Positions 51,853-64,000 of a stretch of 64,000 bases of DNA are shown here, piece after piece (the stretch's first letter is position 1; each line of letters begins with the position of its first letter). The stretch is from Antedon mediterranea (lineage: Eukaryota; Animalia; Echinodermata), in the NCBI RefSeq assembly GCF_964355755.1, contig NC_092677.1:15150101-15214100 (forward strand). The letters are read 5' to 3'. Both the position numbers and the translations under genes were made by a program. The notes beneath the pieces were generated by a model. The model ran no database searches. It was not told the origin of the DNA and saw only the letters and a program-made list of their open reading frames with translations.

Positions 51853-54800
51853 CAACTATTTTTTATCAAATATTCATTAGCCATACTTTCTTGGTGTTCT
51901 AGTAATTTGATTTTAAATAAAATGCAAGGAATAACAATGTCTCCACATTCTATAATTTAAATGGATTTAATTTAAATTTTTAGTATTACCAGATTTTCTA
52001 GTTTAGAGTTGATTAATTTTAAATGTCCTACAGGTGTAAGTTGCTTATTTATTAAAAAGTGTTGAGTTCAGAACATTTCACCTCTTGCTCCCCTTTATAA
52101 AGAATCTGTGTGTTCTGGTGGTACATCTGTTTTTTGTGCTGTGACGTGAATGACTTTGCTGGTTCTTAAATTGTGTTTCTGACATTCTACTAGGCATCCT
52201 ACTTTAAGGCCTCAACGAAATACTTCCAACTTGTTGGCTGCATTCACTCCACATCCTCTCCATGATGCCCATCCTCATCTATTTCTTTTTTTAACCATCC
52301 ATCTCTATGTTTTTGATTGTCTTGCTTATCTTTGCTTTCCATTAGGTGCCCCCATGCCAAAGCATTTATTCCTTTGCTTGTTCCTTTCTTCATATATCCT
52401 ATAGAGATAGCCACTTCCATCTTCTATATATTTCTTTTCCTATTGGTATTAAATGTATCAAGAAGTTGGCAATTAATGTTAAACAGAACACATCGTAGTG
52501 ATGTTGTAATTTATGTACAGTATGTAACATTGTATAAACATGTTCTGTATGCATAAACAGGATGTAGATGTAGAAGTAAGTAGGTAATGACTGTATTCAT
52601 TATGTCACCCACAGTATTAACTTAAGTCTTGGAAATATGACCTTTTTTGGCCAACTTTTGGCATATACAGAATTTTGAAATTGGAACGTCTGAGGGCTTA
52701 GTTATTAAATTAAAGTTAGGGAATAAACCCTTTAGTGTTTTTTTTTTAATTTAGGTGGACGATCCCTCTACCGACATAACCCACCCCCACCATGGGATCT
52801 GCATAAGCCTGTGAACATTACACAGATAAATTGTGTATAAGTAATGATAAAACCTTATAAAGTGTATGGAAAATGTTTAGTGTTCTTTTTTTCTTCAGAA
52901 AGTTCTGGCAAGCTGCATGTTAAGCTTACTAAGAACATTTATAAGTCTTGAAGATTAACTACCTATAAACGGGATTATTGTATATCAGACACAGTGAAAG
53001 TCCGGGGCTGAAGGGGTCACTAAATCTCATAAATGGTTGTAAAAGTGTCCCAATGGTTAAAATCTTTCAGATAGAAGAGACTAAATGTTAGTGCAACATG
53101 TGCATTTGTTTAAAATTTATTTCACAAGGGGTTTGAGATTAACGTTCCAATCATTCTATAAAATGAGACAGATTACATTTAATGTATTTTTTAAAGATTT
53201 CTTTTTAATTTGTCCAGAAATTGTACCAGCTTTTTTGAAAGCTAAAGTCATACAGCTATCATTAGATCTATTCTGAGTGATGCTCTTTTAAAATCTTTGG
53301 TGTTATTTTATCCTTCAAGGAGCAATCGGAATTAAATTGAAGATTGTTTTTTAGTTTGTGTACTGTTACATTGATGTACTGATCTGTATTAATTTGAAAG
53401 TAATTTGCAGTGTCCCAACAAAAGATATTCATTTACTGAAGCTATCACAAATTATTGTTTTTAATATTATTTAGGGGACCCAGTACACATCATACCATAC
53501 CTTATCTCGCTTCTTAATAAATAATCATTATGTATCACCCAATATTCAGCACAGTACAGTTTTTGTTTCCTTTTATTCACTATTTTTAATGTCTATGTTA
53601 TTCTTATTGGTTCTTTTAGGTGTTTTTTTTTTTTACTATTTTAAGCTAAACTTTATAATGTTCCTGTATAGTATTTCTGGTGTCAATTGCATCCTTTTTT
53701 ATATAATTATAATTACCATTGGTTTTATACTTTTATACAAATTTTAATATTTAGAATATGTGAATATCTTTGTAATTCAGCTAAGGCTGCGATGACGATA
53801 TTGAAATAAATGAAATGAAATGAAAAAAAAATATATATATTTTCATTTCCCTCCCCTTGTAGTGTGATGTACTACATAGCTATGTATTCCACACAAAAAT
53901 ACTGACGTTTTGTTAAATAATACAGTATGAAATAAGCCTACATAAAATATCCATCTAAACCTGTTGCAGTTGTCTTCATATTTTCATCCTTTTGTTTTGA
54001 CCATTAATTGACCTTTCATTCAAGTACAAGTTGACAATTCTACCATTGTCACATTGTACTTGAATAATTAAAAGGTGGCAATTTTACCAATTGTTGAATA
54101 AATTGATTACACTCCCAACTTCACACTTCCATGGCATCCTATAGTATGACAATAAGCAGGTGTGAAATCATCAATTGTTTGCAAATAACAAATTACATAT
54201 TGTAATAATTAGCAATATAGAGGTTACAATAGAATTAATTCCTTTGTATATTTTTCATTGGTGCCTATACAGTACTAAGTGAAATTGGTGTTTAGAGCAA
54301 ATTAATGAGTATAAAGGAAATGTTTGTGATTTCAATCAGCTCTATCAAATTAGTTTGACCAAACAAATCTGATGTGCCCAAAAATCGTCGTGATATGCCC
54401 AAATATGGTGTTGATATGACATCATCATGTCCATATATGGGCACATCACATTTGTTGTCACATAAAATTTGATATTGTAGACAGACTTTAAATTAGTTAT
54501 AACAGTTATAAATTAATCCTATTTTACTTTTATATGGGAAAGTCTAAATCTAGATGCAAGACAACAATTGATTTTTTTAAATCACCGTAATTATATTACA
54601 AAACATGTACATTACGAGAATACAGCAAAACACAATGTATGATGTAAAGGTCATTAAGTCTAAAGAAAATAGAAAACAGGGATAGAATTTTAAGCTACTT
54701 TAATTAATCTGTTTTTAGTTCTTCACCTTGAATCTTTAAATCAACAATTTTGGTTTATTCTTCTTCAGTATCATTAAAAGTCATATAAATTACACAGTAT

Positions 54801-55975
54801 ACACATTCCCATGTCTATCAAGCATGATTGCACACTAGACCAAACATTTCAAAAAGTTGCTAAATTTAGTATATTTTCTGCTTATCTTACCTGGATAAAC
54901 CGATTTGGCCCTTATCTCCGGACCACGAAAATGATAGGAAATAAGATTATTAGGTAGTTAATACCTGTACCTAAAAATAGGACAGTGACATTTTCCTTCC
55001 TCCTCCATATCCCTTTTTCTAGTTGGAACATCCCAGCTTAAAATCTCAAAGCTGCAGTACAATATGACTTTCATGTCTGTATCGCAATTTTTTTTTTATC
55101 TCAAGCCGTGTAGTTGATACTTCATCTATGCTTTTCACTCTATCTCTTTACTTATTTCACTATTGATACTTTGAACTATTACTTTTCTCTGTTTGTTTCT
55201 GTGTGTTGTTTGTATCTCATGTTGTGTGATTGATATTTCATCCTTACTCTCTTCTGTCTATTTTATTGCTTGACTATTGATAATTTTAACACAGTGTGTT
55301 TTATGTTTTTCTTCTCTCATGTGGCATGATTGATATTTCATCCTCACTGTCTACTCTTCCTATCTCTTTGCACGAGTTTGACTATTTTCATAGCAGGTAT
55401 CCCTATTCTATGTACTTTACTGTTTTTTATGTATCTTTTCACAGTGTGTACACACTGTGAGCACATCCTTGAAGCGATTAGCAACAGTAGTTTTCCCGTC
55501 CAACCTGGCTTATAAAAACATTTATCCATCTCAATGCTCATCCTAAACCCCATGGTGATAACTAAATTAATGCAACATTTGGTTATATAACAATAAGATA
55601 CATAAAGAATAACATGGACGAGGTCTAAAGCTTGGTAACCTCAAACTGAAGATTATGTGAGAAGGATTACTAACTCCAGTTATGGAACTATAAATTTATT
55701 TGAAATTAAAACAAGTCTGTTAAAACTGGACCAAATACAATGATTTGAATTTGTGCACAAAAAGGCTTACTGTACCTTACACCTGTATCTATAGCTGTGT
55801 TTACACGTATTACAGATTGGTCTCTGAATGTTCCTCTGTGTCTTAATTGTATGTAAGATTATTCCATACACATTTGAACGAAGAATAAGTAAACTAATAG
55901 AGAAAAGAAAACGTAAATACAACTTTATTAGTCTATTCAAAATCTTTACTGATTTCTTTTCTTTTCTCTTTACAG

Positions 55976-56245
55976 CACCTCCAGTCTTTCTAAGCACCTC
56001 ACCATATCGCACCGTAGTAGGCTTAGGATCAATAGTCAACCTCTTCTGCATTACTGACTCATCATCATCAACTACAATAACATGGCTTAAAGACAATAAA
56101 CCACTAGTGTTGGAGAATCGCTTTGAGATACTGTCCGATTCTTTGACAATATATCATCTTGTTATGCGTGATGGGGGAGTGTATACTTGTCAAGCAGAGA
56201 ATGCCCTGGGGACTTCAGAACACAATATGCTACTTATTGTAGAAG
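55976..56245 (+). CDS. IGSF9: turtle/IGSF9 exon 3 (Ig2)
   Basis: APPVFLSTSP...LFCITD...ITWLKDN...DGGVYTCQAENALGTSEHNMLLIVEG; 270 bp, phase 1-1. Confidence 0.88.
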
Positions 56246-56373
56246 GTATATTTTATTCTTGAATTTAAAGTGTATTTCAGCTTTGAAGAAATATCTAATA
56301 GAACCTCTAAGAGGATATCTTTGGAAAGGGTCTCTTTAAATTATTGCAGTGTCACCTGTATAGGGCCTGGTCA

Positions 56374-58156
56374 CAGGCCCGTATGCAGCATTTATAATGG
56401 GGGGGTGCGAGCGAAGCGAGCAACAATGGCTGGGGGCCAGGGGGCCGCCAAGGGCCCCCGGTCAGGGTGCAGGGGCCGAAGGCCCTGGAAAAATGTGCGT
56501 TATTTGACGTTCTAAAGACTGATGTAAGACTCTCTGTTGTGGCTTGGGCTAGTTGAACGATGGACACCAGAACTTAACGCTTTCATGATGAGGCCAACTC
56601 AGCAGGGGTGGCGCCAGGATCTTCCCGACGCGGGGGCTACATTCCCCGACGAGGGGGCTATGCGAGCGAAGCGAGCATCACTAGGCTGAGGGCCAGGGGC
56701 CGCCAAGGGCCCCCGGCGGGGGTCCAGGGGGCAAAGCCCCCGGAAGCAACGCGTTCTAGCGTCATTTGAGGTCTTTTTAATCAGATTTAGGGTAGCCATT
56801 TTTTCCATTTTTTATAATGCATAAATAAAATACTGCGTGCAAAAAAACGATGCGCGATGACTGTTTCAATCCATATTTTTCAATTTAAAAAATAAAAGTT
56901 CAAAGAAAATTTAGAAAAATAGAGTTGGAGGTCCCGGAAATTGGACTTATTACTGTATACTTCAAAACATGAAAAAAAATATATAAGTCCCTATCATGGG
57001 TTGTGACTGAGCTAAGAAATGTTTAAAAATAGAGATGTTAGGTCCCGGAAAATGTACTTCTTGTTCTTCGAAATATGACCAGCTTTATTGTTGGGGCTGA
57101 GCTAAGAAAATGTTTAAAACTAGAGCTGCAGGTCTTCAAAAAATTGCATTTTATACTTTGGAAACATCAGGCCTAGAGGCTTAAAAAACGCAAGCGTAGA
57201 CCTTTTTCAGTCGGGGAAAAAAGTTTATTCCTCCCAGGTGTATGCATGCGTACCATCTGGACTTCCGAGTGGTGAGAAATTCATGACATACAGGATATTG
57301 AAAATGTAATAACTATAGCTATAATGTTGGCTAAGCGAAAATGGTATGTTTTTTTGTTTAGTAATGGATGAAAAATTTATTTTAGGTGCCCCACGGTACA
57401 GAAGGTTACTTGTAAATTAAAAAATTGGTGAACAAACGAACAATTAACATAATTCGTTTTTGCTGTAGTGTAGCGTACGTCGACGCAGTACACGACGTAA
57501 CCGTCGGTAAACTTCGCCTGGAAAATAACACATTACACATTTTGGTCCCTGGACGAAACTTGATATCACGCGTCTCGACCCAACGTTGAACGATTCGTAC
57601 AAAGGGATACCGCCAGACAAGTGCGTACCTAGCTAATGTTTATTAGTAAGTTAGCTGGCAATAATGAATGCATAAAAGTGCATATTAGCCCTCTGACGTA
57701 CTCTCACGGTCAATGGAACGTCGTGGTTTTCTAGGCGCTGAAGCTATATGAAGTGAACGCGAACGTTTTTTACTGTATATTATATTCCCCGACAAAAAGT
57801 ACCCGTGTTCCCCGACGTTAAGTTGTCTGTATTTCTCCAGCAAACACTTTACCGCGTACCGCGTACATGAAGCGCTAAGCTATTGCTTGTCGTCACATGA
57901 TCGACTGCGCATGTTTTACATCGAGTTTGTAGTCAGTTCAGATTCCGTAATTTAATTACCGGTATTTTTTCATTTTATATTAGCATATTTTTGTTTGTAT
58001 ACCATTGATAATGTAAATTTTGTATATATATAATGATATTGTCTTTAGTTAAACAAGACAAGAAAAAATACCAACCGAGGAAATAGTGGACCTTTTGGGA
58101 CTTGGGGGTGGGGGGGTGCGTCTGCACCCAACGCACCCCCCCTGGATACGGGCCTG
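56374..58156. mobile_element. Non-autonomous TIR element (CAGGCCCGTAT...ATACGGGCCTG) containing a nested hAT copy
   Basis: TIR CAGGCCCGTATGCAG / CTGGATACGGGCCTG; GGTCA is present on both flanks. Confidence 0.6.
56603..57817 (-). mobile_element. Second, inverted and truncated copy of the 48093-49994 hAT-like element
   Basis: Starts CAGGGGTGGCGCCAGGATCTTCCCGACG; near-identical reverse complement of ~48200-49994 but with only one internal repeat unit. Confidence 0.85.
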
Positions 58157-59387
58157 GGTCATATACTAATTAATTGTTTTAACAGGAAAGTGTCCCTTTA
58201 ATAGTGTGTATCCTCTTTGGGGTATTGTCTAAGTGAGGGGTTCTACTTAATTGTATAGTGAATTTTCTTAGTATTATTAGCAACAATCAAATTGCAACTG
58301 GCGATATTTCAGTTTATGTTTGTAATGTAACTGGTTATCATGGTGCATTAGGAGAACGAGCCCTATTTAGCGTGAGCTTTTGCCTCTGGCATCTTACTTG
58401 TTTATTTTTGCCTAAAGCCAGTCATTAATGTCTTAGTCAATTAATAAATCACGTAACACCTTGTTCATCTTCCAGGCTCAGCCTTCCTTGCTTCTGATTG
58501 GCTGCAATGCACAGCCTATTTTGGAATTGGTCACTCATTGTATTTAGAAACCACCATTATACCATGGGTAAATTTTTTGCACACAAAATTAAAGAATGCA
58601 AGTGGCCTTGTGGTTAGCAAGGTCAGTTCTAATCTAACAGCAGGGAGCCAAAGAATGAACTGTAGAGATGAGTTTAAAATAAAAATGTGTGTTTTGTGCA
58701 TCCAGACTAAAATCGCTGGAAAAGCAAAAACTTGAAATTAAAACTTTTTTTATAAACTATTTCATGTTCTTCAGATGAGATCTCAAAATGATCTCTATGG
58801 ATTTGCCACCGCTCTAATGTTAAATATATAGGCCTATAATAAATAGTACAGTAATACTATTTCAAATTATAAGCAAACAATTAAATACTGTATTTTATAA
58901 TCATATTTTATATAATAGTTACTTTATGTCTCAATTATAAACCCCTTTTCTTGAGTATACCCCAATTGTATGCACATTTATGGAGGAAATATATATTTAT
59001 ATTTTTCTCAATACATAATAGTTCAGTTTTTATTACACATTAATGTGACATTTGTTTGTCTAAGTTGTGTGAAGTAATGATACCAAAAATGTTAACTCTT
59101 AATTTGTAACTCCTGAATTGTAATCAATAGATTAGGTCTAAGTAAATATTAAAAAATGGTTGTTAATGTTACAGATGGAACATTTTTGTTATAGGCCAGG
59201 ATATCATTATTTTAACGATTAACTAAAAAATCAGATACTGTAATTAATACACTGAATAGAATCTGTATGTGCATGTTATATATTTATTTTAATTTGAAAA
59301 TTAACAATTGCCATGTAAACATATATTATGGGCCTAATTTGAATTAAATTTTATAGAGTATATATTCTTAAAAAATTCCTGTCCGTT

Positions 59388-60145
59388 AAAAAACAAGGCC
59401 AACAGCCATTAAGTCGCGTGCTACAATGCATAGTGATACCGGACCGACCGACAGACCGACAGACAGACCGACAGACCGACCGACATGGTGAACTACACTG
59501 ATCGAAATTACTGAACATGTGTAAAAATGTTGAAATGTTTAAAAACATTTATATTTTTTTAATTTACACGTGCGTAGCCTGTCACTTTTGACGTGCTCAT
59601 ATAACGTAATTTCTAGTTAAAAAGTAAGTCAAGAAAACAGAAATCGGGCAAAAAGAGTGCGCAATAGCATTTAACGCGCAGTGCGCGCGCAAAAATCTGC
59701 GCACTCATGGCAATTTTGTAAACGCTTAAAATTGCCTGAAACGTACTCTTATTTCATCGAAAATAAATTTTGAAAATTTTAAGCGCGCGTACGCATGCGT
59801 TACATGCGCTACGCACGTAATTGTATTGCCATATGATGATTTATGCCCTGAAACTTACGAGTACCAAATTTTATTTAATTGTGATTCATGGTTGTGAAGA
59901 TATGATTACAAACGTGATTTCGTTAAATCGTGCGTAGACCGCGTAATTTTTTATTGCGCACCGTGAAAACATAACCACATCGATTCCTGGCCATAAGGAA
60001 TATACTGTGAAAAATTGACTTAGCTAGATTAAACTGATATCAAGATAAGGTCAGAAAGCGATAACATGCATAGTGATACCGGACCGACAGACAGACAGAC
60101 CGACCGACATAGTGAACTATAGAGTCGCGTCCACGCGACTAAAAA
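59388..60145 (+). mobile_element. Helentron-associated non-autonomous element (HINE/DINE-1-like); fragment also at ~38745-38830 (-)
   Basis: (GACC/GACA)n microsatellite blocks, duplicated ATGCATAGTGATACCGGACCGAC, 3' hairpin GTCGCG-TCCA-CGCGAC followed by TAAAAA. Confidence 0.6.
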
Positions 60146-60296
60146 TGTGAACCTGCATAATGCGATAAAGTATTGTTGGCACATATATTAAATCCCGTCA
60201 CAGTATATCTTGTATCCTTTAACATTTGGAATGAGTTGGTGCATGGTAAGATATAGGAATATGGATTATGAAGGGGATGAAAAAATGTGAAAAAGA

Positions 60297-60912
60297 TAGC
60301 ACAATTTCTCAAATAGGTATACCGTACGTACAATTTCTCAAAGAGGTAGCACAACTTCCGGAATGGATTGCACAATTTCTCAAAGAGGTAGCACAATTTC
60401 CCGAATGGTTAGCACAATTTCTCAAAGAGGTAGCACAATTTCCCGAATGGTTAGCACAATGTCTCAAATGGTTAGCACAATTTCTCAAAGAGGTAGCACA
60501 ATTTCCCGAATGGTTAGCACAATTTCTCAAAGAGGTAGCACAATTTCCCGAATGGTTAGCACAATTTCTCAAAGAGGTAGCACAATTTCCCAAATGGTTA
60601 GCACAATTTCTCAAAGAGGTAGCACAATTTCCCGAATGGTTAGCACAATGTCTCCAATGGTTAGCACAATTTCTCAAAGAGGTAGCACAATTTCCCGAAT
60701 GGTTAGCACAATTTCTCAAAGAGGTAGCACAATTTCCCGAATGGTTAGCACAATTTCTCAAAGAGGTAGCACAATTTCCCAAATGGTTAGCATATTTATT
60801 TCTCAAAAAGGTAGCACAATTTCCTGAATGTTGCATATTGCACAATTTCTCAAAGAGGAGCACAATATTTTTAATGGATTGCACACTTTCTCAAATATAG
60901 GTAGCACAATAT
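60297..60912. repeat. Minisatellite, 42-bp higher-order unit of two 21-bp monomers
   Basis: Alternating ATTTCTCAAAGAGGTAGCACA and ATTTCCCGAATGGTTAGCACA. Confidence 0.95.
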
Positions 60913-61674
60913 TTCGTGATTGTATGACCACAATTGTACTGGGAAGGTTTTAAACTATATTTAAAAAAATCACAGTGTGCAGAGGTTAGAGGGGTTGGAG
61001 GCTTAGTGATTTGCTGGGGTTAGTATCAATGACCACATGAGTAATGTGAACTGGGGGTATGTTTTAACTGCATTTGAAAACCGTCATAGAGCCGGGGTTT
61101 GCAATAGAATTTGTACCAGGAAGTTTATCATTATAAGTTAAAAAATCCCCGAGTGCGGGTGTGTGTTGGGGAGGTGGGTGCATTTTAGGGCATCTGGATA
61201 ATGAGTTATCAAATGATCGGGAATGTACTGTGAAGTTTTAAAACTACATAGGAAACCCACCCGGGCGTGTATAATTGCTAGTCATCAATGTTTTAAAATA
61301 CTAGAGTGCTAAAGTGAACATAATGTATGTAGGCCTATGTGCAGTTTTCTTAGAATAACATAAACAACTAAAATGAGGCATAATCCCTCTATTATAATAT
61401 CGTATAACATCAACTTGTTATTACACAATAAAAAAGATTGTTATTTACATGGGTTTCGTTTATGTTTATTAACATTCATTCAATTACATTTTTTTAAATA
61501 AAAAGATTTATTTTTTAGATTGTTTAGTATTATTAATTAATTCATATATCTGGTCCTATATACTAATATAGCGCAAACACTTTTTGGGAAGCGTATGGGT
61601 ACCACCCCCTACGGCTACATTATTTTATTTGAATTTCCCGCTCATATTCTCAAAAATTGTAGGCCTACCTATAC

Positions 61675-61704
61675 CAGGGAGTTGTTATTAATAACAACTC
61701 CCTG
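61675..61704. repeat. 30-bp fused-TIR palindrome (excision footprint) of the 28601-31144 transposon family
   Basis: CAGGGAGTTGTTATTAATAACAACTCCCTG flanked by the 7-bp TSD CCTATAC (61668-61674 / 61705-61711). Confidence 0.88.
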
Positions 61705-63637
61705 CCTATACCTCAGCCCGAGTCTGATGTGATGGTGTACCTCTTGACATCTACCAAATCCCATCGCACCATTCCAGTTTATTTCAGAATCAATTTGTAG
61801 TAGGCTATGTATTTCATTGGTAAATTAATAAAAATTAAAATTATTCAATTGTAATTGGTTGATCGCTTGACTACTCAATCTAAGGTTGAACTTTGTAGCT
61901 CCCCATACAATGTTGTTAAAATGTACAAAATCGAAAAGGAAACATGGAAATAAAGGCTTACTTAAATAATTATAAGGCGTGAAAAGGCTATTATATAAAT
62001 ATTCATTTATTTCATGAAATCAAACTATTACCTAATCATTAAAACATGCTGTAACTGAAACCTGATGCTGTCGGTGATTGGCTGTTGGCAAACAAAGTGG
62101 GCTTGGCCTCTTTTAGTACCCAGATACTTTCCTGCATGATTGATGGCCACTGTTCTGTTAATTACCCATCAACAAGACTGATCAGGGTCAAAACAATTAC
62201 AGGCAATTATAGTACCCCGGGTTAGCCGGGGTACTAAAAGCTCACGTTAAATAGGGCTCGTTTTCCTAATGCCTTTTTTTTAGCTGTAATGCCAACTAAT
62301 ACTAGTTTTGACATCAGAGTTAAAAGAAATCTTAATGACATTTTTACACAACCACAGGCTATCGACAAATACAGTACACATCATTTGAGAAGCAAATAGT
62401 TATTTTAGTAGCTGATTATTTATTTAATACTAATTGTAAGCTATTTTCCCATGACTACATAAACTTTGGGTATTGTAGAAGGATACATGGCCTGTATGCT
62501 CAATGAAAAACTTCTATAATAGATTTTGCTTGTAAACAACATTGTTAATTGATATCAATGAAATCAGTCTCCCATGACTTCTGTTTTGATTCAAAGAGAT
62601 CTTTAAATTACTATGTTATTGTTACACAATGGTTTTAGTAACTCTATAAGTGATAAACAGAGAAAAATTGTAAAAAAAGATGGTGAACATAGTATTGAAC
62701 AATGGTATAATGCCTATGAATGTCCTGCGCTTACCGGGACCCAAATATGTCGAAAAAGGCTAAAAATGTCAGAAGCCTCAAGCCTTGGAGGGCTTTAGGG
62801 TCCCTAAACCAGGGGCCTTGGGTCTCTGTTACGCCACTGGACAGATATGGTGAACATAGTATTGAAATAGTGTTATTTAGATATATTACATAGCCTATGT
62901 AAATACGCGAACGTGATTGGTTGAAACTGCATCACATGACTACCGCTGCGAGGATCGTAAATCGTATATATATCCTCGAGAACGATGATATTGACTGTGT
63001 AATTTTCGCGTAATAATCGTGTTCCCTGTCATTAATCATATAAATTCTCGAGTACGATGATATTGACTGTGTAATTTTCGTGTGCAACACTCGAGTTTGC
63101 CGATAAATAAACAAAAGTCATCTACTCGATCTTGAACTCGGGTGGAATTGTCACTCCATCGCAAAACAACGTTTCATCTGCTGGGCCACGGAATTTGCTT
63201 GAAGAAATTAATCTTCTAAACTATTTAAGCTATGCATACATAGCGCCCTCATTTGTTATAAGTCCACCCTAAATGTGATGAAACACCGTTTATGATTGGT
63301 CAATACTCACGGTAGTAACCTAGTAACTAGTACGCGCTGAACATCCGGTGATTCGGCTCCTCGAAGATAGAGAAGAAGACGAATTGTTTATTCGGCCTAC
63401 CTGATTATAATATTATTATTAATAGGCTTATTGATGGAAATTCTTCTGTTAATTTAAACGACCTAGGCCTAAGTGAATATTTTATTGCCAAGGAATCATT
63501 AATTAGTAATTATCTGTATATTATTCTTCGCAAGGTAAGGTGTCTAGGCAGGCTTGTTTTAAATACAATACAAATACTATTTAAGGAGGCCTAGCTAGCC
63601 TAGCTTCACCCAACCCAGCAGACTTGTTCTTGGCTAT

Positions 63638-63836
63638 ATAATATAACAGATATTGCCTTTTATATCGGTTAAATATAAGATTTGACATCCCCTCGGGAAT
63701 GATATTAAGTTCTCGGGGAATATATATTTCCCTCAGCTGGCGCTTCGGGAAATATATATTCCCTCGAACTTAATATCATTCCCTCGGGGATGTCAAATCT
63801 TATATTTAACCTCTAAGCAGTCAATATCTGTATAAT
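63638..63836. mobile_element. Palindromic MITE
   Basis: ~95-bp arms: CAGATATTG...GGTTAAATATAAGATTTGACATCCCC... mirrored by ...GGGGATGTCAAATCTTATATTTAACC...CAATATCTG. Confidence 0.75.
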
Positions 63837-63878
63837 GTTGTATCACATTTACCATATTTGAAATTTGTATACATATAG

Positions 63879-64000
63879 GTGCCCCTTACATCGTCAACCC
63901 ACCACAAAACGTAACAGTACGTGAAGGTATGTCAGCTATGTTCTTGTGCGGATGGGATGCATCACCGGATAATGTCACCGTTTACTGGTTCTACGACAAC
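63879..64000 (+). CDS. IGSF9: turtle/IGSF9 exon 4 (Ig3, continues past the window)
   Basis: tatag acceptor; GAPYIVNPPQNVTVREGMSAMFLCGWDASPDNVTVYWFYDN, like IGSF9 GPPFIVSPPENITV...C...YPGNLTYTW. Confidence 0.82.

Noticed and set aside
62210-62236. Hairpin TAGTACCCCGG-GTTAG-CCGGGGTACTA as another excision footprint
   Set aside because: No flanking TSD; it appears to be part of a different dispersed repeat (related sequence at ~58335-58385).

Overview
AT-rich, intron-containing animal genomic DNA; the gene and repeat content suggests a marine invertebrate deuterostome such as an echinoderm (inference). Host genes: an intronless microsomal epoxide hydrolase (EPHX1, -), DEDD (+, 3 coding exons), a ~21-exon type-I membrane protein with about 10 Ig and 3 FN3 domains (-), RBM7 (+, 2 exons), and the 5' part of a long-intron turtle/IGSF9 gene (+, runs off the window). 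The most striking feature lies in IGSF9 intron 1: a 2,544-bp DNA transposon (28601-31144) with perfect 28-bp TIRs and a 7-bp TSD. It carries two convergent genes, one resembling the N-terminal zinc-binding non-core region of RAG1 and one with an acidic tract plus PHD finger. This ProtoRAG-like layout sits inside P-element-like ends. Two ~30-bp fused-TIR palindromes with 7-bp TSDs (61675-61704, 29319-29347) look like P-type excision footprints of this family. The window also holds Penelope-type minimal hammerhead ribozyme repeats, tRNA-like repeats, hAT/Kolobok/Harbinger/Helentron-like non-autonomous elements and several minisatellites. All family assignments come from reading and recalling motifs; no searches were run.
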